Shown piece after piece: positions 48,051 to 57,883 of a stretch of DNA of 64,000 nt. The stretch is taken from contig CAYRBH010000001.1 in assembly GCA_964422585.1 (NCBI GenBank), positions 11,728 through 75,727 on the forward strand, given 5' to 3'. The stretch's first letter is position 1. Every line of letters begins with the position of its first letter. Position numbers and translations under genes: made by a program. Source of the stretch: an uncultured Gammaproteobacteria bacterium. Its GTDB lineage: Bacteria; Patescibacteriota; Patescibacteriia; UBA1558; 2-01-FULL-52-15. The notes under the pieces are model-generated. The model was given only the letters and a program-made list of their open reading frames with translations, searched no databases and was not told the DNA's origin.

Positions 48051-48986
48051 ATGGTCAATCATCTCAGACAGATACAAACACAAAAACTTTCATGGATGCA
48101 TATCGTGCGTCCAGGCGAAACCGAGATCCAATACCTGCGGGATCATTTTGAATTTCATCCGCTTGATCTTGAGGATTGTGTCAATATAGCCCAGCGTCCG
48201 AAGGTAGATGCCTACGACAAATACATCTTCCTGGTTCTCCTCTTCCCCCATTATCAACGAAGTACCCGATCGATCTTACCGGCAGAGGTAGATTTTTTCA
48301 TAGGGCCCAATTATCTCATCAGCGTCAGCGATGGTAAGCATGAACTTATTGATCACTTTTTTGATGATTGCTTGAAAAGTGAGGTGTATCGGGAACGCTT
48401 CCTCTCGCAATCCCCTGCGCATTTGCTCTATGAGATACTTCATCGTTTCCAGGATAGCATGTTCCCAATGCTGGATCATATGTCTGAAGATATCGGCGTG
48501 GTCGAATCCCAGATATTCAACGGCGTCGAGCAACGTATGGTGCGGGACATTTTATTGGTGAAGCGCAATATCGTTAACTTCAGACGCATCGTGAATGCTC
48601 ATAAGAGCACCATCCGCAAGCTCATGGACATTAGGCGCCAAGGCGTTTTTGCCTTGTCTTCGGACCTCTCGCTCTATTTCAGTAATTCTATCGACCGGAG
48701 CAAGGATGTCTGGGAAATTCTCGAGATCCATAAAGAGACCATCAATGCGTTCCAAGAGACGAATGATTCGCTTATTTCATTTAAGCTGAATGATGTCATG
48801 CGTGTCTTGACGGCGATCTCAGTGAGCTTATTGCCTGCCACACTCCTTGTCTCCATATTCGGGATGAATACCACAGATACACCTGTTGTTAGTTCACCGT
48901 ATGGGTTTTGGATTATCATGGTCCTTATAGTCATTTTGGTGGTGACTATTCTCAACTACTTCAAAAAGAAAGGCTGGTTGCAGTAA
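48051..48986 (+). CDS. corA: CorA-family Mg2+ transporter
   Basis: HPLDLED, RPKVD, NDVMRVLT, FGMN, two C-terminal TMs; SD GAGGAGG and TGcTATACT upstream. Confidence 0.95.
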   Translation: MVNHLRQIQTQKLSWMHIVRPGETEIQYLRDHFEFHPLDLEDCVNIAQRPKVDAYDKYIFLVLLFPHYQRSTRSILPAEVDFFIGPNYLISVSDGKHELIDHFFDDCLKSEVYRERFLSQSPAHLLYEILHRFQDSMFPMLDHMSEDIGVVESQIFNGVEQRMVRDILLVKRNIVNFRRIVNAHKSTIRKLMDIRRQGVFALSSDLSLYFSNSIDRSKDVWEILEIHKETINAFQETNDSLISFKLNDVMRVLTAISVSLLPATLLVSIFGMNTTDTPVVSSPYGFWIIMVLIVILVVTILNYFKKKGWLQ

Positions 48987-49073
48987 CTGCTCCGCTTTCT
49001 CTAGCTCGCATGATTGACAGCGCAATCTTAGGTTGCTACTCTTCCCTGCTCTCTCAAGGGCATAGTAACTCAT

Positions 49074-50057
49074 ATGAAAAATAATTTTTGGAATACCCTA
49101 CCCACTCCTGCATTGGCGCTTGCTCCTATGGTGGGCGTGAGTGATACTGCCTTTCGCCAGCTCTGCAAAGCGTGGGGCGCTGATGTGGTGTATTCGGAAA
49201 TGATATCCGCTGATGCTCTGCTACGCGATGCCCGCAAAGCGAAGGCTATGTTGAAGCACGATAGTTCTGAATATCCATTCGTCGTTCAGATCATGGGTAA
49301 TAAGCCTGAGGTACTAGCAGCCGCCGCTCGTATCGGGGAACAAGCCGGAGCATCGGGTATCGATATCAATTTTGGTTGTCCAGCGCATAAGATAGCCCGC
49401 AATGCGTGCGGGGTGATGCTCATGCGTGATCTGGATAAATGCCGAGAGCTTATTGCTGCAGTCATTGACGCGGTAGATATCCCGGTCTCTATCAAAGTCC
49501 GCGTATCAATCAAGCCAAGTCATACACATGGTCCGCAGCATGGCGCTCCGCCTATCACAATCCTGGATATGCTGCGTAAGGTGTCAGCTCTTCCCATCGC
49601 AGCGCTTATGATCCATGGTCGCACCTTCGAAGATCCCTTCGATGGAGGTATTCATATCGATATGATTGCCGAAGCCAAGAAGATCTTTCAGTCCGGGCCG
49701 GTATTCGCCAATGGCGGCGTGACGAGTGTCGAAAGTTCCCGCGAGATTCTACAGGCTACTGGCGCGGATGGGCTGGGACTTGCCCGCAGCGTTATTGGTA
49801 AGCCGTGGCTCTTTAAGCAGATACGAGACTATTTACGCTCAGGGGCTTATACGGATATGGAGTGGCCCGCTATTAAGAAGATCATTTTAGATCACGCTCG
49901 ATTATTTGAGAGCACGCGAGGCACAACGCCATTCAAAGAGATACGCCGTCATCTGACGCATTATGTCAAAGGCCATGCACAGGCTTCAGAGATACGACAG
50001 AGATTAGCGCAAGCGAACTCCGTAGAAGATGTCGAACATATACTAAAGGAATATTGA
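49074..50057 (+). CDS. dusB: tRNA-dihydrouridine synthase (DusB-like)
   Basis: LAPMVGVSD, SEMI, IDINFGCP, PVSIKVR, IHGRT, ANGG. Confidence 0.92.
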   Translation: MKNNFWNTLPTPALALAPMVGVSDTAFRQLCKAWGADVVYSEMISADALLRDARKAKAMLKHDSSEYPFVVQIMGNKPEVLAAAARIGEQAGASGIDINFGCPAHKIARNACGVMLMRDLDKCRELIAAVIDAVDIPVSIKVRVSIKPSHTHGPQHGAPPITILDMLRKVSALPIAALMIHGRTFEDPFDGGIHIDMIAEAKKIFQSGPVFANGGVTSVESSREILQATGADGLGLARSVIGKPWLFKQIRDYLRSGAYTDMEWPAIKKIILDHARLFESTRGTTPFKEIRRHLTHYVKGHAQASEIRQRLAQANSVEDVEHILKEY

Positions 50058-50065
50058 TGCAAATG

Positions 50066-50103
50066 AAAAGGGCCCCGCGCGACAGCACTGTCGCGCGGGG
50101 CCC
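50066..50103 (-). terminator. Very strong terminator of the 680-aa orphan, between convergent genes
   Basis: 16-bp perfect GC-rich inverted repeat GGGCCCCGCGCGACAG/CTGTCGCGCGGGGCCC followed by TTTT on the minus strand. Confidence 0.88.
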
Positions 50104-50123
50104 GGGGTTCTGGTACAAGTAAA

Positions 50124-52166
50124 CTACTTCTTGGGTGAAGAGCCGTCCGTCGGAGCGCTACTGTCGGGGTTCTTTGGTTCCCCGCTCGTATCGGTCGACG
50201 GAGCCTGATCGGGTTTTGGAGAGGTTGGGTTGCTAGCCTGGAGAGCGGCAATAATCTCTTTCCTGATGTCTCCCAGGCTGTGCGTGCCTCCGCCTCCCCC
50301 AATTCCTTGGAGGGTTGGCATGACTCGCCCTTCGCCGCCGACCATGACCAGGTTGGCTGCCTTTTGGGCTGCCTCGACGAACCGGCGCATGCCTTCGTAG
50401 TCGAGGTTCTGGTCCTTGATGACCTTGTAGTCCATGTCGGTGAACCCGAGCAGCTGCCCGATTTGCACCAGCTCGATATTCAAGAGCGTGGTTTTCTGGG
50501 TGCTCTCGATGGTCTGCGTGAGGTTCATGTCACGGACTGCGACATCTGCTTTCCCTGCGTTGACGACGTCTCGCATCAGTTCGAGGTTCTTCGTTCCAAC
50601 CGAGATCAGAGTCCTGGCTCGCTTTTCCTGCTCGGCTTCGATACCGGGGGTCGAGTTAACAACACTCAGCACGACCCCTTTGATGCGATAGCCGGCGTGC
50701 AGGAATTGAGCGAGAAGTGACTGCGGCCGTAGTGTAATGACCGCATTGAACTCCTTATCGTCCCGAAGGTTCGCCTTGAAGACGTTCTTTGGCTGGCCAT
50801 CGGTGTCGAGAATGAACTCGCCGTCCGGTCCCTTGAGTGCGTAATCGCCGTTCCTCTGGTCGTAGAGCACTTTGTATCTCGCGGCGCCGACGACGGGCTT
50901 CTTGTCGGGCTCGTTGTCCACATGCAACCCGGCGGCCTCCTCGATCGTTCCGATCAGAAGGATCATCAAGTCGATGTGGTAAGCTGCCTTGAACGGCATG
51001 AGGATCACGATCTGGTAGATACGGGCTGAGATCCACTCCAGGAAGCGCTTCTTGACGGTCTTACTCATGATGTTCGCAAGCTCTGAGTCCGCTTTTGAGA
51101 GTGGAGCTGCGCCGGCATCACCTTCTGCGATGCAAGCGGTTATTCGGAGTGGGTACTTCAACCTGCCGGTGACGATGTCGGACTCGCTTTCCTCTATCTT
51201 CTTCGTGGTCCTGACATTGGCACCTGTGAACACGCCGGTGTCGGTTACTGCCGCTGACTCTGCTCCTGCAGGTAGGAATTCTGTCACAATCTCGATGTCG
51301 TGTTCCTTGTTGTTGGCGAAACGAACCCGGGTGAGGAATGGGAGTTTCCCTCCCCTCCTCTGACTCGTTCCAAACCAATGTCCAAGGCCCAGGAACCAAC
51401 TGTAGAACCAGGCGGTCTTTCCCTGCTCTACGTTGTAGTAAGGCCAGGGAATGTAACTGAAGTCAGACAGAGCAAAGTCCGCTTCAGTCGGCTTTCTGGG
51501 CTCCTGAGGGGCTATGGCCAGCTGAGCTTTCCTTGCGGCTCTCTTCTTCCAGAGTTTTGCGGCGAGGGCGATGCTACCGTAAATCGCAGCTCCGATGAGC
51601 ACGATCACGGGAACCCACTTCACCCACTGGCCAAACCCTGGCTCGAGACCAAAGAGGTCAATCGACTGCCACGTGCTCCACTCCCAGTAAGGGGTGAGGA
51701 CATAGGTGTCGAAGAGCCACCAGATGCCGTACAGGATCCCGGCTACGAGAGCTGCGGCACCGATGAAGAATGCCGTGATGCCGATCGCCTTGCCGGAGTT
51801 CGTGAAGAACTTGGCAAATGAGGCTTTCCACTTCTTCCAGTCCGTCTTCTTGTTGTCGTCCGTTGACGGAGTGGTTGCTGCGGATGCAGGCGAGGTTCCC
51901 GCGTCAGGTGAAGCCGCGGGCTCAGGAGTTGCCCCTAGTTGAGCTTGGGGCGGCGGGACAGAAGTGCCCTGGGCCGTAGGAGGCTCAGGAGGAAGTAACT
52001 CTCCCTCAAGAACCCTTACAGGCTCTTTCTCAGAGCTCGGAGGCTCAGGAAGTACATCTGCCTGAGGTTTTGGGGTGTCTTTCCCTGCTCGCTTTCGGTC
52101 AAGGAAGAGCAAGAGGAAAACGATTGCGGCAGCGAGCACGAGCCAAAGTGCGATCGTCAAGTTCAT
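50124..52166 (-). CDS. Orphan membrane protein, possibly a divergent SPFH/band-7 domain protein
   Basis: 3 TM segments, Pro-rich linker, YYNVEQGKTAWF...KLPFLTRV and GYRIKGVVLSVVNSTPGIEAEQEKR resemble SPFH boundaries; SD AAGGAG; GC-richer than flanks. Confidence 0.75.
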   Translation of the reverse strand: MNLTIALWLVLAAAIVFLLLFLDRKRAGKDTPKPQADVLPEPPSSEKEPVRVLEGELLPPEPPTAQGTSVPPPQAQLGATPEPAASPDAGTSPASAATTPSTDDNKKTDWKKWKASFAKFFTNSGKAIGITAFFIGAAALVAGILYGIWWLFDTYVLTPYWEWSTWQSIDLFGLEPGFGQWVKWVPVIVLIGAAIYGSIALAAKLWKKRAARKAQLAIAPQEPRKPTEADFALSDFSYIPWPYYNVEQGKTAWFYSWFLGLGHWFGTSQRRGGKLPFLTRVRFANNKEHDIEIVTEFLPAGAESAAVTDTGVFTGANVRTTKKIEESESDIVTGRLKYPLRITACIAEGDAGAAPLSKADSELANIMSKTVKKRFLEWISARIYQIVILMPFKAAYHIDLMILLIGTIEEAAGLHVDNEPDKKPVVGAARYKVLYDQRNGDYALKGPDGEFILDTDGQPKNVFKANLRDDKEFNAVITLRPQSLLAQFLHAGYRIKGVVLSVVNSTPGIEAEQEKRARTLISVGTKNLELMRDVVNAGKADVAVRDMNLTQTIESTQKTTLLNIELVQIGQLLGFTDMDYKVIKDQNLDYEGMRRFVEAAQKAANLVMVGGEGRVMPTLQGIGGGGGTHSLGDIRKEIIAALQASNPTSPKPDQAPSTDTSGEPKNPDSSAPTDGSSPKK

Positions 52167-52340
52167 GACATCTCCTTAGGGCGGTCAGGCCCTCGTTGAA
52201 AAGGGGGCCCGAAAGCCCGAGGTATATTCGCAACTCGAATGTGTTAGTTTACTTGCACTAAGTTGACAAGGTACTGCTGTGGCTTAGGCAGTACCTTGGT
52301 TGAGAAAAAGTAGGTAGAGCCTAGTTCACGGTAACAGATA

Positions 52341-52369
52341 AGTATACATAAATTAGCATTTTTTGTCAA
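52341..52369 (-). promoter_or_regulatory. Near-consensus sigma70 promoter of the 680-aa orphan
   Basis: TTGACA-17 nt-TATACT. Confidence 0.8.
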
Positions 52370-52445
52370 TAGCTTCTATGACTAATAAAAACAGCTAACA
52401 TTAGCTATTTATCTTTAAAACATTAGGTCGCAGTCGGAAAATTCT

Positions 52446-52547
52446 GCCTGTAGCAGCACATGCCTCACATCCCCATGCTGGAGCTATCCCGCAAAAAACT
52501 AATAGATTGATACTCGCAAGGGACGTTCAGCATGTACTGCTGCAAGC
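52446..52547 (-). ncRNA. Candidate rod-shaped structured RNA or 3' UTR element downstream of dnaJ
   Basis: Nested stems of 5+12+8+3+3+4 bp with four G-U pairs on the minus strand. Confidence 0.45.
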
Positions 52548-52567
52548 ATTCGAGGGTGTACTTACAC

Positions 52568-53704
52568 TTACCAAAACGTTTTCTTGGAAGATTTTTTCTC
52601 AAGCGATTGTTCGAATTGCTCAAGAATTTTTTTCTGTTCGGAACTGACTTGCTTTGGTACAAATGCCTGAACCGTAACCAGCTGATTGCCTTTGCCGCGA
52701 CCTGAAAGGCGCTCGAATCCTTTATCTTTCAGCATAAAGATTTTACCGCTCTCGGTGCCTTGCGGAATTTTTAGTTTTACCTCACCTGCAGGGGTTGCTA
52801 CCGTTACAGTTCCGCCAGTGACCAGAATACTGAATGGTATACGTTCAGTACTATGCACGTCATAGCCTTCGCGTTTGAAATGCGGATGCTCTGCGATATG
52901 CAGCTTGATGTAGAGATCGCCACGAGGACCATTGTGGGGACCCGCTTCTCCTTTGCCGGTCAGTCGTATCGCTCGGTTATCGTCGATACCAGCTGGGATC
53001 TTGAAGGTGATCTGCTGATTCTTGCGTATGATGGTCGAACCTTTGCAGATAGTGCATTTTTTATCAGCTTTACTGCCAGTTCCTTCGCAGGCGGCACAGA
53101 TGGTTTCAGTACGCATAGCTCCGAGCATGGTAGTGCGTACTGCTGTGATACGGCCGGTGCCTTTGCAGGTTGGGCAAGTTGTTACCTGAGCGCCTGGTTC
53201 ATTGCCTGAGCCTGAACAGTGCTCACAGGTAAGATGCGTGGGAATATGAATTTCTTTCTCAGCGCCAAAATAAGAATCTTCGAATGATATGTTCACGGTG
53301 GTCTCGATATCGGACCCTTTGCGTACTCGTGAACCGCGTTGGTTTGCCTGTTCGAAACCGAACATGCCGCCGAGTATATCTCCGAGATCGCCGAAATCGA
53401 ATGAGGCTCCTTGCTGGCTGAAGCCCTCGAAGCCAGCGAATGGATTGCTTTGAGTACCCTGACCTTGCCAATTGAAACCTCCTGCGCCTGGCTGGTCATA
53501 GCCTGCGCCGAATTGGTCATAGCGCTTCCGCTTCTCCGGATTGCTCAGGGTCTGATAGGCTTCATTTACATCCTTGAACTTCTGCTCATTGCCACTTTGC
53601 TTATCAGGGTGATGCTCATGAGCCAATTTCCTGAACGCTTTCTTGATATCGGCTTCAGTAGCGTTTTTTGATACGCCTAGTGTTTGGTAATAATCTTTTG
53701 CCAT
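52568..53704 (-). CDS. dnaJ: Chaperone DnaJ
   Basis: J-domain with HPD, G/F-rich region, four CxxCxG motifs. Confidence 0.98.
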   Translation of the reverse strand: MAKDYYQTLGVSKNATEADIKKAFRKLAHEHHPDKQSGNEQKFKDVNEAYQTLSNPEKRKRYDQFGAGYDQPGAGGFNWQGQGTQSNPFAGFEGFSQQGASFDFGDLGDILGGMFGFEQANQRGSRVRKGSDIETTVNISFEDSYFGAEKEIHIPTHLTCEHCSGSGNEPGAQVTTCPTCKGTGRITAVRTTMLGAMRTETICAACEGTGSKADKKCTICKGSTIIRKNQQITFKIPAGIDDNRAIRLTGKGEAGPHNGPRGDLYIKLHIAEHPHFKREGYDVHSTERIPFSILVTGGTVTVATPAGEVKLKIPQGTESGKIFMLKDKGFERLSGRGKGNQLVTVQAFVPKQVSSEQKKILEQFEQSLEKKSSKKTFW

Positions 53705-53712
53705 GCAACGTA

Positions 53713-54018
53713 TTAGGAAGTTTGAAACCCAATTTCTTTGTTCTGTTCAGCAGCAATGACCTGGCCATGCTGCGACTCATAGGCTGCCATGACCCGATGT
53801 AACACTTCGATCATCCGCTTAACATGACCTGGGTTCATGAAGATACGATTCGTTATGATGCCGGCTCCTTGCTGCGGATTTAAGGCTCCGAAATCCAATA
53901 TGAATTCCTCTCGAGTAGTGTCGACCCGCATGATATTCGCATAGGTGCCGCGCAGCACCTCATCAGGGATGCGTATCTGGATCTGCTGAGGCGCTGATTT
54001 AGCTTGTTCTTCGGCCAT
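53713..54018 (-). CDS. DUF3467-like protein
   Basis: GTYAN...EEFILDF...[11 protein letters not shown]...IGF pattern. Confidence 0.8.
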   Translation of the reverse strand: MAEEQAKSAPQQIQIRIPDEVLRGTYANIMRVDTTREEFILDFGALNPQQGAGIITNRIFMNPGHVKRMIEVLHRVMAAYESQHGQVIAAEQNKEIGFQTS

Positions 54019-54027
54019 AGGTATAGG

Positions 54028-55929
54028 TTAGTTTTTTACATCCTCATACTGTCCTTCGACAACGTTATCTTTCGTGTCGGAGGCTGGCTGATCTGCTGAT
54101 GGCTGACTTGCCTGACCTTGAGCGGCCTGTTGCTGCTGATAGAGAGCTGCTCCTATTTTCTGGGCTGATTGCGACAGGTCTTCTATTGCTTTCTTAATTG
54201 CCTCAGGGTCGGCGCTGTCTGTAAGCTTTTTGAGAGCCTCGACTTTGCCTTCAAGTTCAGTTACTTCTTCCGGTTTGATCTTATCTTTCGACTCTTTGAT
54301 GAAACGTTCAGTGCTGAAGACGAGCGCATCGGCCTGATTCTTCATATCTACTGATTCACGCTTCTTCTTGTCTTCATCAGCGTGCATCTCAGCGTCCTTT
54401 TTCATCTTTTCTACTTCTTCTTTTGACAAGCCGGATGAAGCAGTAATAGTAATTGATTGTTCCTTACCCGTGCCTTTATCCTTAGCTTTCACATTGAGAA
54501 TGCCATTCGCGTCAATATCGAAACTGACCTCTACCTGCGGTATCCCGCGCGGAGCTGGCGGGATACCTCCCAGGATGAATCGGCCAAGTGTTTTATTGTC
54601 AGCGGCCATTTCGCGTTCTCCTTGCAATACGTGAATCTCGACGGAGTCTTGATTGTCTGCAGCGGTCGAGAATACTTGGCTCTTGGAGGTCGGAATGGTC
54701 ATATTACGCTCAATGAGCGGCGTCCTCACTCCCCCGAGTGTTTCGATACCAAGCGTTAATGGAGTTACATCGAGCAGCAAGACATCTTTCACATCGCCTT
54801 GTAGCACGCCTGCTTGTACCGCAGCACCAAGAGCAACTACCTCATCAGGGTTAATACTAATATTCGGTTTCTTGCCGAAGAACTTCTCGACAGTTTGCAT
54901 TACCAGAGGCATACGGGTCATACCGCCGACCATCAGCACTTCATCGATATTCGCATTGCTGATGCCCGCATCAGACATAGCTTTCTTGCAAGGTTCGAGG
55001 GTTTTCTCAACCAAGTCATGTACTAACTCCTCCAGCTTAGCTCGCGTAATTTTTTGCACGAGGTGTTGAGGACCATCGGCATTCGTCGTTATGAACGGCT
55101 GATTAATCTCGGTTTCAATTGAGGATGAAAGTTCGATCTTCGCTTTTTCAGCTGATTCTTTGATGCGTTGAAGTGCCAAGGTGTCCTTTGAAAGGTCAAT
55201 GCCTTTTTCTTTCTTGAATTCATCGATGATGTAGTGGATGATGCGCTGATCGAAATCATCACCCCCAAGATGAGTGTCGCCATTGGTAGCTTTGACCTCA
55301 ACAGTGTCCTGGGCTACTTCAAGGACTGATACATCGAAAGTGCCGCCCCCCAGGTCATAGACGACGATCTTTTGATCTTTCTTTTTATCAAAGCCATAAG
55401 CCAAGGCTGCAGCTGTTGGTTCATTGATGATACGTTTCACGTCAAGGCCGGCTATCTTACCAGCGTCTTTTGTTGCCTGACGCTGTGAGTCGTCGAAGTA
55501 GGCAGGAACCGTGATAACCGCCTCAGTAATGGTTTCACCTAAACGAGCCTCTGCGTCCGCCTTGAGTTTTTGCAGGATCATGGCTGAAACCTCCTGCGGA
55601 GTATACTGTTGGCCGCTGATCGAAACCTTCATGCCCTCCCCTGCCTGCACGACTTTATAGGGCAATGTTTTCATGTCCTGCTGTGTTTCTGCGTCAGAGA
55701 AGCGTCGTCCGATAAGACGCTTGATCGAGAAGATCGTGTTTTCGGGATTTGTCACTGACTGACGCTTTGCTGTAATACCGACCAGACGCTCGCCTGATTT
55801 TGAAATAGCGACCACTGAAGGAGTGGTGCGAGCGCCCTCTTTATTCTCCAAGATCTTTGGCTTACCACCCTCGATGATCGCCATCGCGGAATTGGTAGTG
55901 CCAAGATCGATGCCTAGTATTTTACCCAT
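54028..55929 (-). CDS. dnaK: Chaperone DnaK
   Basis: [34 protein letters not shown]. Confidence 0.99.
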   Translation of the reverse strand: MGKILGIDLGTTNSAMAIIEGGKPKILENKEGARTTPSVVAISKSGERLVGITAKRQSVTNPENTIFSIKRLIGRRFSDAETQQDMKTLPYKVVQAGEGMKVSISGQQYTPQEVSAMILQKLKADAEARLGETITEAVITVPAYFDDSQRQATKDAGKIAGLDVKRIINEPTAAALAYGFDKKKDQKIVVYDLGGGTFDVSVLEVAQDTVEVKATNGDTHLGGDDFDQRIIHYIIDEFKKEKGIDLSKDTLALQRIKESAEKAKIELSSSIETEINQPFITTNADGPQHLVQKITRAKLEELVHDLVEKTLEPCKKAMSDAGISNANIDEVLMVGGMTRMPLVMQTVEKFFGKKPNISINPDEVVALGAAVQAGVLQGDVKDVLLLDVTPLTLGIETLGGVRTPLIERNMTIPTSKSQVFSTAADNQDSVEIHVLQGEREMAADNKTLGRFILGGIPPAPRGIPQVEVSFDIDANGILNVKAKDKGTGKEQSITITASSGLSKEEVEKMKKDAEMHADEDKKKRESVDMKNQADALVFSTERFIKESKDKIKPEEVTELEGKVEALKKLTDSADPEAIKKAIEDLSQSAQKIGAALYQQQQAAQGQASQPSADQPASDTKDNVVEGQYEDVKN

Positions 55930-55952
55930 AGATTGATTTCCTTTCCGCTCAA

Positions 55953-56285
55953 TTATTGATTTAATTGAATATCGCTTATAAATCCTGCTGCATGTATCTT
56001 GCCGTAGAGTGCGAGGACCTGATCATCGGTAATAGGCTCATACTCGAGATACATCAGTGTTTCCGTATAGCTCAGATCTGTTGGTATGGCATTGCCGATG
56101 ATGCCGTTAGACTGCTGTATGATGGAGGCGAGATGCTTTACCCCGCATTTTGGACAGAGCACATGGGCTATGACCTGCGTGTCGGTCTCATCGATGATAT
56201 GTATATTTGTTTGCGGCACGCCGCTTCGGCAGGACGGGCATCGCTCCAGCAGCTTGAGGCTTAATTGATGTGATTGAGGTATCAT
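55953..56285 (-). CDS. Small Zn-ribbon hypothetical protein
   Basis: CPSC...HVLCPKC; coupled to the hsp20 stop, inside the heat-shock operon. Confidence 0.8.
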   Translation of the reverse strand: MIPQSHQLSLKLLERCPSCRSGVPQTNIHIIDETDTQVIAHVLCPKCGVKHLASIIQQSNGIIGNAIPTDLSYTETLMYLEYEPITDDQVLALYGKIHAAGFISDIQLNQ

Positions 56286-56689
56286 TATTTTTTGATATGT
56301 ATGGTTATTGGCGTCGCCTTTGCTTCTTCTTTCTTAGGCATGGTGATCCTCAGAATGCCCTTTTCATATTCTGCTTTCGCTAATGCGCCATTGACGCTCG
56401 TTGGTAGACTGACTACCCGATGAAAAGCACCAGAACGGACCTCTTTACGATAGTAGTTGGCCTCATCGACCTCAGTCTTTTTCTCCATTGAACCTTCGAT
56501 ATTCAGCACGGTATCTTCGATATGTAACCTTACCTGTTCAGGATTGATACCAGCTAATGCGACTTCTGCGATCAGGTCATCACCTTTCTCATAGAGATCA
56601 ATAGCTGGGCTGTAGGCCCGCATATCATCGAACGCTTGCTCGATATTAAGGAAGGGTTCGTAGAGAGGGCTCCATTTAATAAGTGCCAT
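56285..56689 (-). CDS. Hsp20/alpha-crystallin small heat-shock protein
   Basis: PAIDLYE, EVRSGAFHRVVSLP, AEYEKGILRITMPK. Confidence 0.95.
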   Translation of the reverse strand: MALIKWSPLYEPFLNIEQAFDDMRAYSPAIDLYEKGDDLIAEVALAGINPEQVRLHIEDTVLNIEGSMEKKTEVDEANYYRKEVRSGAFHRVVSLPTSVNGALAKAEYEKGILRITMPKKEEAKATPITIHIKK

Positions 56690-56693
56690 AGTG

Positions 56694-57215
56694 TTATAAT
56701 TGGTTAACTATTACTTTTGCTGGTCGTAAGACCAGGTGATTATTGAGAATATAGCCTTCCGAAGCCACTGAGAGTACTGTATTATCTTTTACCGATGCAT
56801 CACTTTCGGTCCCGATCGCCTCATGGAACTCAGGATCGAACGCTGTGCCTTTACTCTCCATACTAGTTATACCATTCGTTGCTAGGAATTGTTTCCATTG
56901 TGCATAGATAGCTTGCAGACCTTGATACCACGGTTGTTCCTTTTGTTCAGCTGGTATATGCTGCAAGGCTAAGGTCAATGTATCAATAAGCGGTAGCAAT
57001 TCTCGAATTAAGCTTGCCAGCTGGTAGATCTGCATATCACTGCTGCGCTTTGCTTGCTCTTTTTTGTAATTCTCTAAATCTGCAAGCGCCCTTTTCCAGC
57101 CATTGAGATACTCATCTCGCTCAAGGGTCAGCTGACCTACGGTATCAGTCGGAGAGGGGGCCTGTGCTGTAACAATCTCCGTTGCATCCGTCTGTTGTTG
57201 TGTATCATCATTCAT
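56694..57215 (-). CDS. grpE: Nucleotide exchange factor GrpE
   Basis: RALADLENYKK, LLPLID, FDPEFHEA, VLRPAKVIV. Confidence 0.96.
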   Translation of the reverse strand: MNDDTQQQTDATEIVTAQAPSPTDTVGQLTLERDEYLNGWKRALADLENYKKEQAKRSSDMQIYQLASLIRELLPLIDTLTLALQHIPAEQKEQPWYQGLQAIYAQWKQFLATNGITSMESKGTAFDPEFHEAIGTESDASVKDNTVLSVASEGYILNNHLVLRPAKVIVNQL

Positions 57216-57877
57216 AGGTATGAAGCTATTGTTTGCAATAAGGATAAGTTTTTCGCATAGTTGGTGCGTACTGGACTTAAAAAGCCAAAAAGGATCTCTT
57301 TATTATTCCCCACGAACATTGCGACGCAGGATTCGCCCAAAGGATTGCGTGAGCCGATATAGACTTTCGGGTCGGTGCCGGGCTTATCGGCGATGAATTG
57401 TGGCAATACTGAATCCAATTGATCGACCGCAAGGCTAATTGCGTGTACTAGATGATGGTTAGTGAATTCTGGACGAGAAAAAAGGTATGAGAAGCCTGTA
57501 TAGTAGTAGTTGTTCATCCCGGTGGCAATGATAGCGGCAACCTGTGACTGCTCTGCAGCAGCTTTAGCCAGAGCCCGCACGCCTCCATGTGCATAAATAC
57601 TCTGTAGTCGTTGGCGTTCTCTATCAGCTAGGGGTGTCAGTTCTAGCAGGTGTTGTAGATAATGCTCGATCCCTTGTATGGTTGGTATGCGGCCCGCAGA
57701 TGTATGCGGCTGCGTAATATAACCTTCTTCCTCAAGCTGAGCCATTTCATTACGTATGGTCGCTGAGCTTAATTGAAGGTCTGACTCCTTTGCTATGAAC
57801 TTTGAGCCAATAGGCTGAGCTGTCTCTGTATAGCCCTCAACAATATATTTTAACAGTTGTGACTGACGATCGTTCAT
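57212..57877 (-). CDS. hrcA: Heat-inducible repressor HrcA, short form
   Basis: PIGSK...SSATIRNEMAQLEEEGYITQPHTSAGRIPT; CIRCE directly upstream. Confidence 0.95.
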   Translation of the reverse strand: MNDRQSQLLKYIVEGYTETAQPIGSKFIAKESDLQLSSATIRNEMAQLEEEGYITQPHTSAGRIPTIQGIEHYLQHLLELTPLADRERQRLQSIYAHGGVRALAKAAAEQSQVAAIIATGMNNYYYTGFSYLFSRPEFTNHHLVHAISLAVDQLDSVLPQFIADKPGTDPKVYIGSRNPLGESCVAMFVGNNKEILFGFLSPVRTNYAKNLSLLQTIASYL

Positions 57878-57883
57878 GGATGC

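Noticed and set aside
52465-52662. 65-aa minus-strand ORF overlapping the dnaJ 3' end
   Set aside because: Out-of-frame overlap with dnaJ and runs through the structured element; no coding signal.
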